DNA from: Candidatus Latescibacterota bacterium
GTDB taxonomy: Bacteria > Latescibacterota > UBA2968 > UBA8231
Length of the DNA: 64,000 nucleotides
Assembly (NCBI GenBank): GCA_965219385.1
Contig: CBDCNM010000002.1
Coordinates: 282,639-346,638 of the forward strand
Direction of reading: 5' to 3'
Below, piece by piece: positions 9,786 to 19,823 of the stretch. A model generated the notes under the pieces. The model searched no databases and was not told where the DNA came from. It saw nothing but the letters and a program-made list of their open reading frames with translations. How positions within the stretch are numbered: position 1 is the first letter of the stretch; each line of letters opens with the position of its first letter. Position numbers and translations under genes: made by a program.

Positions 9786-10544
9786 ATGCGCAGATTACTT
9801 GTGGTGGGCAACTGGAAAATGCACAAGACCCCGGACGAAGCTGTTAAACTGGCCCGGGCGCTCATGGCTTTGGTGGGGGGGACCGGCGGGGATCGAGACC
9901 TGGTTGTATGCCCTCCCTTTGTCGATTTACAGTCCGTAGGCCCGGTCCTGCGGAACACTCCTATCGCCCTGGGCGCCCAGAACGTGCATTGGGAGATGGA
10001 AGGCGCCTATACCGGAGAGGTCTCACCTTCTATGATCTTGACCTGTGGGTGCACTTACGTTATATTAGGCCATTCCGAGCGCCGCCAACATTTCGGAGAG
10101 ACCGAGGCCACGGTAAACCGCAAACTCATAGCGGCTCTGGAGGTCGGTCTTCTACCGATTGTGTGTGTGGGCGAAAGTCTTGAACAACGCGAAGCCGGAT
10201 GCGTGGAAGAGGTGGTGCTGGGGCAATTGGAATCCGCGCTGTGCTCTGTGGCGCAAAAGGAGATCCCCAGAGTTGCTGTGGCCTACGAGCCCGTCTGGGC
10301 CATTGGCACGGGCAGAACAGCCTCCAGCGAGCAGGCCGAGGAGGTCCATGATCTGATCCGAAGGTTCGTGCATCGTCACTACGGCGATGGAGCGGCCGCT
10401 CGGATCCGCATTTTGTATGGCGGGAGTGTCAAACCCGAGAATGCGGCCGATCTTTTTGCCCGAGCCAACATCGATGGCGTCCTGGTCGGCGGGGCATCGC
10501 TCCAGGCCGAAACCTTTGCTGCTATTGCGAAAACAGGTGGTTGA
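9786..10544 (+). CDS. tpiA: Triosephosphate isomerase
   Basis: GNWKM, GHSERR, AYEPVWAIGTG, YGGSVKP. Confidence 0.98.
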   Translation: MRRLLVVGNWKMHKTPDEAVKLARALMALVGGTGGDRDLVVCPPFVDLQSVGPVLRNTPIALGAQNVHWEMEGAYTGEVSPSMILTCGCTYVILGHSERRQHFGETEATVNRKLIAALEVGLLPIVCVGESLEQREAGCVEEVVLGQLESALCSVAQKEIPRVAVAYEPVWAIGTGRTASSEQAEEVHDLIRRFVHRHYGDGAAARIRILYGGSVKPENAADLFARANIDGVLVGGASLQAETFAAIAKTGG

Positions 10545-10549
10545 TTCTC

Positions 10550-10939
10550 ATGGATATACTGTTGACCATACTCCACGTTCTGATTTGTCTTCTTTTGATC
10601 GTAGCCGTTTTGTTACAGGCTGGTAAGGGCGGTGGTTTGGCCAGTGCGCTCGGCGGCGGCATGAGTTCCTCTTCGGTTTTGGGAGGGCGCTCGGCCGCTA
10701 CCTTTTTGACCAAGGCCACAGGGGTACTGGCTGCGGTTTTTATGCTGATCTGTCTAGTGCAGTCGTTCACCTACACCGCCCCCGAAGCGGATACTTCTAC
10801 GGCGACCGAGCGCGTAATGGAACAGAGCCAGGGGTCGGTCCCGCCGCCTTCATTGGGTGAGGGGTTCCTGGAAGAAGAGGCGCCGACCGCGACCGAAGCG
10901 CCGGTCACTACAGGGGAAGAAGGCGAGGTGGAGAAATAA
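10550..10939 (+). CDS. secG: Preprotein translocase subunit SecG
   Basis: VLLQAGKGGGLA..LGG, FLTKAT; conserved tpiA-secG-tRNA-Leu order. Confidence 0.95.
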   Translation: MDILLTILHVLICLLLIVAVLLQAGKGGGLASALGGGMSSSSVLGGRSAATFLTKATGVLAAVFMLICLVQSFTYTAPEADTSTATERVMEQSQGSVPPPSLGEGFLEEEAPTATEAPVTTGEEGEVEK

Positions 10940-10959
10940 AAGCACTTTTAGATTTCTGT

Positions 10960-11044
10960 GCCGAAGTGGTGAAACTGGTAGACACGCTGTCTTGAGGGGG
11001 CAGTGCCTCCGGGCGTCGGGGTTCGAGTCCCCGCTTCGGCACCA
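10960..11044 (+). tRNA. tRNA-Leu (GAG)
   Basis: GCCGAAGTGGTGAAACTGGTAGACACGCTGTCTTGAGGGGGCAG..., long variable arm, GGTTCGAGTCC...ACCA. Confidence 0.95.
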
Positions 11045-11062
11045 TTAGAATAAATCCAATTA

Positions 11063-11112
11063 AATAAAGGCACTTATGTTGGTCTGTAACGGACGATATG
11101 GGTGCCTTTATT
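11063..11112. terminator. Bidirectional terminator-like hairpin
   Basis: AATAAAGGCAC...GTGCCTTTATT between convergent units. Confidence 0.6.
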
Positions 11113-11162
11113 CGTTGGGAGTTCGAAGATGCAGGTGGTACTAAGGTAAAAATTCCGGAGGA

Positions 11163-11417
11163 TTAGTCGTTCTTGAGCGGTATCGCCTCATCTATCAGCA
11201 TGACAGGGATATCGTCATCAACCGGGTAGAGATAGGCCCCGTCCTCGCGGACCAGTCCGCCGTCGATCTTCTTTTCGACCTGCTTGTCCCCTCTGTTTTT
11301 GACCTCGCCCCGTTCAATGCGGGCATTGATCTCATCAATCAGGCTCTGGTCGGCCAGATGTACGGGCTCCTTGGTTTCGGGGCAGGCCAAAATTTCCAGC
11401 AAATCCTTGTCGATCAT
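11163..11417 (-). CDS. Trm112-like protein
   Basis: MIDKDLLEILACP...YPVDDDIPVMLIDEA. Confidence 0.85.
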   Translation of the reverse strand: MIDKDLLEILACPETKEPVHLADQSLIDEINARIERGEVKNRGDKQVEKKIDGGLVREDGAYLYPVDDDIPVMLIDEAIPLKND

Positions 11418-11495
11418 CACTTTTTTCCTCGTAGTGTATGACAATATAGCCTGGATCTTATTGTAGATCCCTCGAGGTAGAGACAGGGCGTGTTT

Positions 11496-11723
11496 TCAGA
11501 TGGTAACGCCGTTCTCTGCAAGGACCTGTTTGGCTCCCTTTTTATTCATGGTGCGCAGGGCGCGGGCGGAAAGTCGTAGAGTAACGGTGCGATTTTCTTC
11601 AGGGATGAAGATGCGCTTTTTGATCAGATTGGGTCGCTGGGCCCGTTTGGTCTTGCGGTGGGAGTGACTGACGTGGTTGCCCACCAGCCTCTTTTTGCCG
11701 GAAACCTGGCACGTTCTAGACAT
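11496..11723 (-). CDS. rpmB: 50S ribosomal protein L28
   Basis: MSRTCQVSGK..GNHVSHSHRKTKR..PNL. Confidence 0.97.
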   Translation of the reverse strand: MSRTCQVSGKKRLVGNHVSHSHRKTKRAQRPNLIKKRIFIPEENRTVTLRLSARALRTMNKKGAKQVLAENGVTI

Positions 11724-11871
11724 ATCTCATCTCCTTGACAGACATAAAAAAATAACGGAGACAAGGAGATAAGTCAAGGGGAAGACCTTGACAAATAAGG
11801 GGATAGCCTCCACCTTAAAAGGCGTTGGAGCACCGCTCACCAAGGTTTTGCAGGTTATTTTCTCGCGGTTC

Positions 11872-14800
11872 ATGAGAGAATCCGGTTGCCGTTCTAGTAT
11901 TGCTTTCTTGTTTGCCCTCCTGCTGATGGCTGGATCTGTAGTTGCAGAGGTCGGGATAGTCCAGACCAGTTCGGCCCATTTGCGGATTGTCTATGAGGCC
12001 GCAGGTAGCAATTGGCGGATGGATACCGGTCGCAGCGTCCTTGTAGGTCTTCCTTTGGAAGGAGAGGTGGGCCTGCAAATCATAGAAGCCCAGGTCGCAG
12101 AGCAACTCGAGGCGGAGGAGGTTTTAGATGAAGTGGGGGAGGATCTGAGGCTGGATGGGCCGGCGTTTTTGGGGCAACCTGGCTTTGTGCGCGACCAGCG
12201 GGTCGTCCAGCTGGTCTTTGCACCCCGGCGGGAAGCGGAGGGTCGGATTCTGGTATACAACAGAGTGGTGGTGGAACTGCATTTTACCGGGGGGCTGAGT
12301 TCGGGGGGAAGGTGGGGCCAGGATAAATGGGGCGAAGAATTTTACCGTCGTACCCTGCTCAACTACGAGCAGGCCAGGAAATGGCGTCGTTTCAGGTCCC
12401 GCTTTGCCCCCAAAGCCGGCTTGCAGTCAGCGGCTACGTCGTTATTGAAAGTGGTAGTTCCCAGACAGGGTATGTACCGAATCAGCGGTCGGGATTTGGA
12501 GGCGGCCGGCCTCTCCCTGGAAGAGGTGGATCCAGCCCGGCTGCGGGTGCTGTACGGCGGAGGGGGGATCCTGTCCTTGAGCCCGGCGCAGGGAGGAGTG
12601 GAACGGGAGGAGATCGCCAGTGTCATCGAAGACGGTGGGGATGGGCGTTTCGCAGTGGACGATTTTATCCTGTTTTACGGGGAGCCGGTGTCGCGTTGGG
12701 AATACAACAGGGAAGAGAGCCAGTACCAGTACCTGAATAATCCCTACACCGGAGACAACGTGTACTGGCTGGAGATCGGGGGCGAGGAGCCGGGCAAGCG
12801 GGCTGCTGTGCGCAGTGGAGCGCTGCAGGACTCCAAGCCACAGGTGCCGCAAAACTATCGGGTGAAGATCCATGCAGAATCTGAGGATTTTATCCGGACC
12901 CAGACTTTCGGTATCAAATCCGGTTATGAATGGTATTGGCATGAATTTCGTCGCAACGCCCGGAATTTCTCGAATGTGATACAGAATGCTATTGATACAC
13001 CAGTGAATATCCGGCTACATTTTTTCGCTGTAAAAACCGATGCTGGGAAATTTCCATTAAGCCAGTTCGATGTAAGGTGGAATGACAAATTAATCAACCA
13101 GATCTCCTTTGAAGGCGTTCCGAGATTTGCCACAGAACTGGAGGCTTCGGAAGGAGCACAAGAAGGAACGAACCAGTTGGGGTTATTCCACAATGGACAT
13201 GTCGCCCGTCTGGACTGGTACGAACTGGAGTACAGTCGTGAATTTGTGGCTAAGAGGGGGGAACTGATCTTCGGCTCGCCGGTCTTTGAAGGGATAGCCG
13301 AGTTTCGCCTGACCGGCTTTGCCGAGGAGCGTCCCCGGATTTTCGAGTTTTCCGAGGATCTGGTCGAGATCAAAGCCTTTGAATATGATGCCACGGCCGG
13401 CACCGTGGTCTTCCAGGACAGCCCCGGCGAGATACCGCGGCAATACCTGGTGGCCGGGCCGGCGCGGTGGAAACGGCCCGACCGCATCGAGTTGTATCAC
13501 CCCGGCGCCCTGCGGACCCTGGGCAATGGAGCGGATTATTTGATCGTTACCCATCAAGACTTTGCCTCGGCCGCCCAGCGTCTGGCAGCCTGGCGGGAAC
13601 AGGACGATCGCTTCGGGGCGCCCCTGCAAACTATGGTGGTGGATGTCCAGGATATCTACGACGAGTTTTCCGGCGGCTTGCTGGACCCGGCGGGCATCCG
13701 CAATTTTTTGGCCTACGCGGTAGAAAACTGGAGTCCCAGGCCTTTCTTCGTGGTGCTGTTCGGGGATGGTTCGTACGACTACAAAAACAACTCCGGGACC
13801 AGCCCGGGCAACTGGATCCCGCCCTATCAGGATGGCGACAGTACTTATGATGAATGGTACGTGCGCGTCATCGGCGAGGACGAACTGCCGGACCTGGCCA
13901 TCGGCCGCCTGACCGTACAGACGGCTCAAGAGGCGGACATCGTGGCCGACAAGCTCATTGACTACGATCGTCAGCCCCAGGTCGGCCCCTGGCAGAGCCG
14001 GGTCTTGCTGGTGGCCGACGATCTGAGCAACCCTAAGTATCGGGATCGCCTGGAGACTTTTTTCCTGAACGATGCGGAGTTTCTGGCTGCTACTTTTCTG
14101 CCACGAGGACTGGACCTGGTGAAACACTACATCGCGCAATTCCCTCTGGAGGGACGGGAAAAACCCCGGGCGCGGGATGAGTACATCCGCCTTTTTAACG
14201 AGGGGGCGCTGATTCTCACCTACATCGGCCACGGCAATCCCGAGGTGCTGGCGCACGAGCAGATGTTTGTGTTGTCGCGCGATTTTCCGGTCCTGGACAA
14301 TGGCCGGCGCCTCCACTTCATGTACACGGCGGCCAGCCAGACGGGCGTGTTCGACGATCCGGTGCGCAACTCCATGCCCGAGACCATGCTTAAAATGCCC
14401 AATGGCGGGGTGATCGGCATGATTTCGGCCACCCGGGTAGGGTATCACACCAGCAATATGGTTCTGGCCTACAGCTTTCACCGCCAGATGTACCGCTCCG
14501 GGCGCGAGCACGTGCCCGTGGGCACGGCGCTGATGGAAGCCAAGCAGCTGTCGCACTCTTCAGTCTCCATTAGGGGGAGGAAGAATATACGGCGCTACTC
14601 CCTCATCGGGGATCCGGCCACGCGTCTGGCCCGGCCGCGCTACCAGGCCGTGCTCCAGGTAGCCGATACCCTGCGGGCTCTCCAGGAGATCCATATCCAG
14701 GGTCAGGTGTTGCGGCCGGACGGGACGCCGGCGAACGATTACAACGGGCAGGCACGGGTGCAGGCCTTTGATTCGTCGGTGCTGAGCAAGCTGGACGGGC

Positions 14801-15642
14801 TGAACTACCAGCGGGTGGGCGGCCCACTGTTTCGCGGTATATTCCCCGTGGAGAACGGCCGCTTTACGGCCGCCTTCCGGGTGCCCAAGGATATCACCTA
14901 CCGGGGAACCAATGGGCGGGTGAGCGCCTATCTGTGGAGTGCGGACCAGCCCGCGGGCTTTGGCTCGGTCGAGGGGTTGCAGCTGGCCGGCACGGCCGAG
15001 GGGGTCGAGCCGGATCAGCAAGGGCCGGAAATCATCATTGGTTTTGCCGGCCGGGAACAGGTTGAGAATGGACAGTTTGTCCCCCAGCGACCTCTCCTGC
15101 GCGCCACCATCCGGGATGAGAGCGGGATCAACGTAACAGGGGAGACCGGCCATGAAATTGTTCTGACCGTTGATGAGACCATCTTCAAGGTGACGGACGG
15201 TTTTACCAGTGCTGGAGGGAACTATCGGGAGGGGCTGCTGGAATACCAGCTGCCGGCTCTGGAACCAGGGGCGCATGTGGTTGGTTTGAAAGCCTGGGAT
15301 ACCTTCAACAACTCGGCTCAGACCCAGGTGGAGATCCAGGTGGGTGAGGCCGGGGATGTGGCCCTGGCGGACGTGCTGTTTTACCCCAATCCCCTGCAGG
15401 GGGAAGAGGGACATTTTACCTACAACTTGTCGGCGCCGGCCCGTTCGGTCCAGATTCAGGTGTTTTCGTTGGGCGGCAAGCTGGTGGACGAGTTGGAAGG
15501 GACAACGCAGTTGGGCTACAATCAGGCGGCGTGGCAGCCGGCGGTGGCCCTGGCCAATGGGACCTATCTCTATCGCATACAGGTGCGCAGCGAGGAGGAT
15601 GGGGTCGCCGAACAGACTGCGGCCATACAGGTGATGAAATGA
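11872..15642 (+). CDS. porU: PorU-like T9SS sortase (peptidase C25 fold) with C-terminal CTD
   Basis: Signal peptide; ADYLIVTH, IYDEFSGG, LFGDGSYDYK, IGRL, YIGHG; C-terminal YPNP...NGTYLYRI. ATG 11872 preferred because the TTG at 11788 is part of a TTGACA box. Confidence 0.88.
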   Translation: MRESGCRSSIAFLFALLLMAGSVVAEVGIVQTSSAHLRIVYEAAGSNWRMDTGRSVLVGLPLEGEVGLQIIEAQVAEQLEAEEVLDEVGEDLRLDGPAFLGQPGFVRDQRVVQLVFAPRREAEGRILVYNRVVVELHFTGGLSSGGRWGQDKWGEEFYRRTLLNYEQARKWRRFRSRFAPKAGLQSAATSLLKVVVPRQGMYRISGRDLEAAGLSLEEVDPARLRVLYGGGGILSLSPAQGGVEREEIASVIEDGGDGRFAVDDFILFYGEPVSRWEYNREESQYQYLNNPYTGDNVYWLEIGGEEPGKRAAVRSGALQDSKPQVPQNYRVKIHAESEDFIRTQTFGIKSGYEWYWHEFRRNARNFSNVIQNAIDTPVNIRLHFFAVKTDAGKFPLSQFDVRWNDKLINQISFEGVPRFATELEASEGAQEGTNQLGLFHNGHVARLDWYELEYSREFVAKRGELIFGSPVFEGIAEFRLTGFAEERPRIFEFSEDLVEIKAFEYDATAGTVVFQDSPGEIPRQYLVAGPARWKRPDRIELYHPGALRTLGNGADYLIVTHQDFASAAQRLAAWREQDDRFGAPLQTMVVDVQDIYDEFSGGLLDPAGIRNFLAYAVENWSPRPFFVVLFGDGSYDYKNNSGTSPGNWIPPYQDGDSTYDEWYVRVIGEDELPDLAIGRLTVQTAQEADIVADKLIDYDRQPQVGPWQSRVLLVADDLSNPKYRDRLETFFLNDAEFLAATFLPRGLDLVKHYIAQFPLEGREKPRARDEYIRLFNEGALILTYIGHGNPEVLAHEQMFVLSRDFPVLDNGRRLHFMYTAASQTGVFDDPVRNSMPETMLKMPNGGVIGMISATRVGYHTSNMVLAYSFHRQMYRSGREHVPVGTALMEAKQLSHSSVSIRGRKNIRRYSLIGDPATRLARPRYQAVLQVADTLRALQEIHIQGQVLRPDGTPANDYNGQARVQAFDSSVLSKLDGLNYQRVGGPLFRGIFPVENGRFTAAFRVPKDITYRGTNGRVSAYLWSADQPAGFGSVEGLQLAGTAEGVEPDQQGPEIIIGFAGREQVENGQFVPQRPLLRATIRDESGINVTGETGHEIVLTVDETIFKVTDGFTSAGGNYREGLLEYQLPALEPGAHVVGLKAWDTFNNSAQTQVEIQVGEAGDVALADVLFYPNPLQGEEGHFTYNLSAPARSVQIQVFSLGGKLVDELEGTTQLGYNQAAWQPAVALANGTYLYRIQVRSEEDGVAEQTAAIQVMK

Positions 15643-15771
15643 AAAGGTATATTCCGAGAGGGGGAAACGGCTTGCAGGATCGCTAACGGGATTTGGCGGT
15701 ACAAACCGCATTGGGGAAGGAAATACAGGAATATCACAATTTCATTACGTCAAGTCTGAGGAGGACTTTTC

Positions 15772-16824
15772 ATGAAAAAGCTTTACTCTCTTTTACTGGC
15801 GGGAGTTTGTATCTGGGGCAGCGTCCAACAGGCCTTGGCCACTCCCGAAAGCCAGGCCGCAGTGTTGTTCTTGCTGGTCGAACCCGGCGCCCGGGCCATC
15901 GCCATGGGCGAGTCCTATGTGGCCATCTCGGATGATGCCACCGCAAGCTATTTCAACCCCGCGGCCCTGTCGGGACAGACCAAGAAGGCCCTCAATTTCA
16001 CCCACAGCAAGTGGCTCCCCGAACTGGCCACTGACATGTCCTACGAGTTTCTGGCTTATTCGCAGCCGGTGGAAGGATGGGGAAATATCGGACTCAATAT
16101 CGCTTTGCTGGACTTGGGGGCTCAGGTGCACACCGGCGAACGAGGCGAAAACCTGGGGGATTTCAGCAGCTATGATGTGGCTGTATCAGCGGCCTACGGT
16201 TCGGAAATCGCGGCCAATATGTCGGCTGGAATCGGGCTGAAGTTTATCCGCAGCAGTTTATCTCCCACCTTTGGCGCAGGTGAAGAACGGGGCAAGGGTG
16301 TGGGCAACAGCTTTGCCACGGACCTGGGCTTTTTGTGGCGGCTTTCACCCAGCCTGACCTTTGGTTCCGCGCTGCGCAATCTGGGCCCCAAGATCGCCTA
16401 TATCGACGTCAGCCAAGCAGACCCCCTGCCCCAGCACATTGTCGCCGGTTTGGCCTATAAAATGATGGACACTGAATTCAACGATGTACTGATTTCCGTG
16501 GATGTGTACAAGCCCCTGATTGCCGATGGCTCGTTCGCCGGCAACCTGGTCAAGGCCTGGACCGACGAGTCGCTCGGGAACGAGTTCAAGGAAATGGATC
16601 TGCACGTCGGCGGCGAGTACAAGTACGGTCTGTCGACCCGCCAGGACGAATCTTTTTTTGCCATGCGTGGTGGTTATTCGCTGGATAACGACGGCGAACT
16701 GAAGGTATGGACGGTTGGCGTAGGACTGAAGTACAATATGTTTCAGGTAGATGTGGCCTACATCATCGGTGATGGAACCCCTATCAACAACAATACGCGT
16801 TTCTCCCTGAATCTGACATTCTGA
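15772..16824 (+). CDS. porV: PorV-family outer-membrane shuttle beta-barrel
   Basis: FLLVEPGARAIAMGE, A.YFNPA.L, KWLPEL, NLGPKIAY, C-terminal RFSLNLTF; directly after porU. Confidence 0.88.
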   Translation: MKKLYSLLLAGVCIWGSVQQALATPESQAAVLFLLVEPGARAIAMGESYVAISDDATASYFNPAALSGQTKKALNFTHSKWLPELATDMSYEFLAYSQPVEGWGNIGLNIALLDLGAQVHTGERGENLGDFSSYDVAVSAAYGSEIAANMSAGIGLKFIRSSLSPTFGAGEERGKGVGNSFATDLGFLWRLSPSLTFGSALRNLGPKIAYIDVSQADPLPQHIVAGLAYKMMDTEFNDVLISVDVYKPLIADGSFAGNLVKAWTDESLGNEFKEMDLHVGGEYKYGLSTRQDESFFAMRGGYSLDNDGELKVWTVGVGLKYNMFQVDVAYIIGDGTPINNNTRFSLNLTF

Positions 16825-16865
16825 GGTGTTGAAGTGGCATTTGCCATTCATCCATCTACCGCCTT

Positions 16866-19823
16866 TTGATCAATTGTAATTTCTTGGTTTTCACCTTCTT
16901 TTTCCTGTTGGTGCTCTTGGGGCCTGCAGGAGAGGCTCCAGCCGTCCAGGAATGGAATATTCTGGTGTTGCGGGCGGATTTTCCCCTGGAGGAACCGGAC
17001 GAACCCAGCACCACGGGAACGGGCGCTTTCGATCTGCGGACCTTCGAAAGCGCCTTGTCCGGCTATCTTTATCCTTATGATACCCCACCCCACGATCGGC
17101 TCTATTTCGACAACCATCTGGAAGCCCTTGCGCGCTATTACCGGATTGTGTCCAGAGGCGAGGTCGAGATCCATTTCGAGGTCTTCCCGCGAGGAATTGA
17201 CCAGGTTTATACCCTGCCCGAATCCGCTCTGAGTTACGGTAGAGGCCGCACCCCGGAGGAAATCGGGACCAAGTGGGTCCAATTGTTTCGCGCCGCCGTG
17301 GAGTTGGCGGATGCGGATCCGGCAGGCCCGCTGTTCGGGGATTTCAATAGCTTCCTGGTATTCCATGCCGGCGTCGGCCACGAGACCGGCGCGCTGAACG
17401 ACATCCGTTCGGTGTACCTGGCGCCCCAAGATATGGCGGCCTTTCTGCAGGAGCCGCTCGTGGTGGACGACGGGCAGTTCGAAATAACCGACGGCTGGAT
17501 CCTGCCCGAGGCCACCAGTCTGAGGGGACAGGGTGGTTTGAACGGGCTGCTGGCCAAGTTCTTCGGACATCAACTGGGTTTGCCCGGTCTGTCGAATTTT
17601 GCCGATGGTCGGCCGGCTGTCGGGGAATGGAGCTTGATGGACGTCGGCGCCCATGCCCTGGGTTTTGTCCTGGTGGCGGATAGTCTGCAAGCTGTGGTGG
17701 GTTTTGTCCCGTCGCACCCCATGGCCTGGAGCAAGGCGCGTCTGGGCTGGATCGAACCCCTCGAGGTCCGGCGGGATACCACCGTTTCACTGGTGGCTAC
17801 GGACCGCGACGCGGATCTGCCCAAGGCGGTGCGGATTCCCATCACCGAAAAAGAGTATTTCCTGCTGGAGAACAGGCAGCAGCGCGGCACCTCTGGTGTA
17901 CCTCCCGGGGTCAGGAGTCCGTACCAGGGATCGACTATTGGGTGGATCGGAAGGGAACAGATCGAGTTTTCCCGGAGTGATGGAGCGGGTGTGTGGTTGG
18001 GCGTGGAGGACTACGATGCCTTCGTCCCAGGGTCGGGAATCCTGATCTGGCACGTGGACGAAGCACGCATCGAGGACGGATTCGCGGCCGGTGCCATAAA
18101 TAACGATCCAGTGCGGCAGGGCATTGTCCTGGAGGAGGCGGATGGGTACCGGGATATCGGCAACCCCGCCTTCGCTCGTCTGATCCAGATCGAGGGGGGT
18201 CCCGATGATCCGTTCTACCAGGGGGGGCAGACCGCCTTCGGACCTGGGACCCGGCCGGATAGCAGGAGCAACGCGGGGCATGCCAGTGGCATCCATATTG
18301 AGGTACTTTCCGAGCCCGAGGATACCATGCGGGTCGAGATTCGTTTCACCGGAGAAAAGTCGGGCTGGCCGCTCCTGGTGAATGGGGGCAGCCGTTTGCA
18401 CGGGGCGGATGTGGATGGTGACGGGGAGGTGGAACTTTTGGTGGAGGACGGCACCGGGGTCCAGGTGAACTGGGCAGATATGAGCAAAGCGCCCTGGAGA
18501 CTGGAAGAGGTGAGGCTTTTGGCCAGCGCGGATGCAAACATGGATGGCCGGGCCGAGATTTTTGTCGTCCGAGATAAAGAAGTCGGTGCCTGGGAGGTGG
18601 AGTCGGGGGAAGCCCTGTGGACCAGCACCCTGGATGCCGTGCCCCTAAGCGGGCTCTTCTTCGGCACGGGTCTGGGGCTTTTTCCCGGGCGTTCCATCCT
18701 GGCGCTTAGCGGCACGGGTCTGGACCTGCTGGATGGAAACACCGGTGAGGTCATCAGGCAGGAGAGCGAAAGGCTCACCGGCATGACCGCGGCAGACCTG
18801 GATGGCGATGCTGCGCTGGAAGTGGTGGTGGCTTCGATGCAAGGGGTCTGGAGGCTGGGTGCAACAGGCCTGGACCTGCTCCAGGAAAACCAGGCAGGAT
18901 CTTTGCTGCCTTTGGTGAGCGGCGATCTGGAGGGGGATGGTCGAGCCGAAATCGTACTGGTCGAACCCACTGGAGAATTGGAGGTAGTGGCGGAGCGGAA
19001 TGCGGGATTCAAAGCGGTTTTGCGGGATGCTACCCAGGGGCCCGTCCTCGGCGATATAGACGGCGATGGGTACCTGGAAATCGTCGTGGCCGGCACCAGC
19101 CAGGTCCACGCAATCCGGCACAATGGCATCCGGCAGGCCGATTTTCCCGCGCGCCTGGCGCGTAGCGATGGAATTGGACGCCTTGAAGTCTCCGCCGTGC
19201 TGCTGGATTTGGACGGGACGGGAGGACAGGAGATTTTTCTGGGCACCCGCAAGGGGGTGTACGGGTTGGATACCAGAGCCACACTTCTGCCCGGGTTTCC
19301 GCTGTTGACCGCGGAAGCGGTGTCTTTTTCTCCCCTGGGGGCGGATCTGGACGGCGATGGCCTGCTGGAGCTGGCCGCTCTGACCGGAGAGGCGCTGTAC
19401 CTGTGGGAGCCGCAGGAGATTTCGCCGGTCTACCAAGGGCGCTTGGCAGGGTGGGGGCAGGACGGCTATAGCGCAGCCCGCACCTATGCCCATCCCGGAT
19501 TCGGCGCCGCGCCGGAGCCGGCGGTCGGATTGCTGCCCGAGGGAAAGGTTTACTGCTACCCCAATCCAGTGGCCAACGGAGGGTCGGTACACCTGCGGTT
19601 CTTCCTGAACCAGCCGGCCAGAATTGCCCTGGAGGTCTACGACGCCATTGGAGATCGCGTGGAATACCTGGAAAAGGAAGAGGGCCTGGTGGCGCCGGCG
19701 GAGAACGAAATTGGTTTTTCCACCAGCGGGTACGCCAGTGGCCTGTACCTTTGCCGGCTGGAGGCCAGAACCGCAAGCGGCCAGCAGGAGGTGGTTTTTG
19801 TCCGAATGGCGGTGAGTCAATGA
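16866..19823 (+). CDS. Immune-inhibitor-A (M6)-like domain + FG-GAP/VCBS repeats + T9SS CTD; metal-binding motif degenerate
   Basis: VFHAG, WSLMD.G, WSKARLGW, EYFLLENRQ, GILIWHVDE, LEEADG; DxDGDG repeats; YPNP...SGLYLCRL; AKFFGHQLGLPG in place of HEFGHxLGLPD. Confidence 0.8.
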   Translation: MINCNFLVFTFFFLLVLLGPAGEAPAVQEWNILVLRADFPLEEPDEPSTTGTGAFDLRTFESALSGYLYPYDTPPHDRLYFDNHLEALARYYRIVSRGEVEIHFEVFPRGIDQVYTLPESALSYGRGRTPEEIGTKWVQLFRAAVELADADPAGPLFGDFNSFLVFHAGVGHETGALNDIRSVYLAPQDMAAFLQEPLVVDDGQFEITDGWILPEATSLRGQGGLNGLLAKFFGHQLGLPGLSNFADGRPAVGEWSLMDVGAHALGFVLVADSLQAVVGFVPSHPMAWSKARLGWIEPLEVRRDTTVSLVATDRDADLPKAVRIPITEKEYFLLENRQQRGTSGVPPGVRSPYQGSTIGWIGREQIEFSRSDGAGVWLGVEDYDAFVPGSGILIWHVDEARIEDGFAAGAINNDPVRQGIVLEEADGYRDIGNPAFARLIQIEGGPDDPFYQGGQTAFGPGTRPDSRSNAGHASGIHIEVLSEPEDTMRVEIRFTGEKSGWPLLVNGGSRLHGADVDGDGEVELLVEDGTGVQVNWADMSKAPWRLEEVRLLASADANMDGRAEIFVVRDKEVGAWEVESGEALWTSTLDAVPLSGLFFGTGLGLFPGRSILALSGTGLDLLDGNTGEVIRQESERLTGMTAADLDGDAALEVVVASMQGVWRLGATGLDLLQENQAGSLLPLVSGDLEGDGRAEIVLVEPTGELEVVAERNAGFKAVLRDATQGPVLGDIDGDGYLEIVVAGTSQVHAIRHNGIRQADFPARLARSDGIGRLEVSAVLLDLDGTGGQEIFLGTRKGVYGLDTRATLLPGFPLLTAEAVSFSPLGADLDGDGLLELAALTGEALYLWEPQEISPVYQGRLAGWGQDGYSAARTYAHPGFGAAPEPAVGLLPEGKVYCYPNPVANGGSVHLRFFLNQPARIALEVYDAIGDRVEYLEKEEGLVAPAENEIGFSTSGYASGLYLCRLEARTASGQQEVVFVRMAVSQ

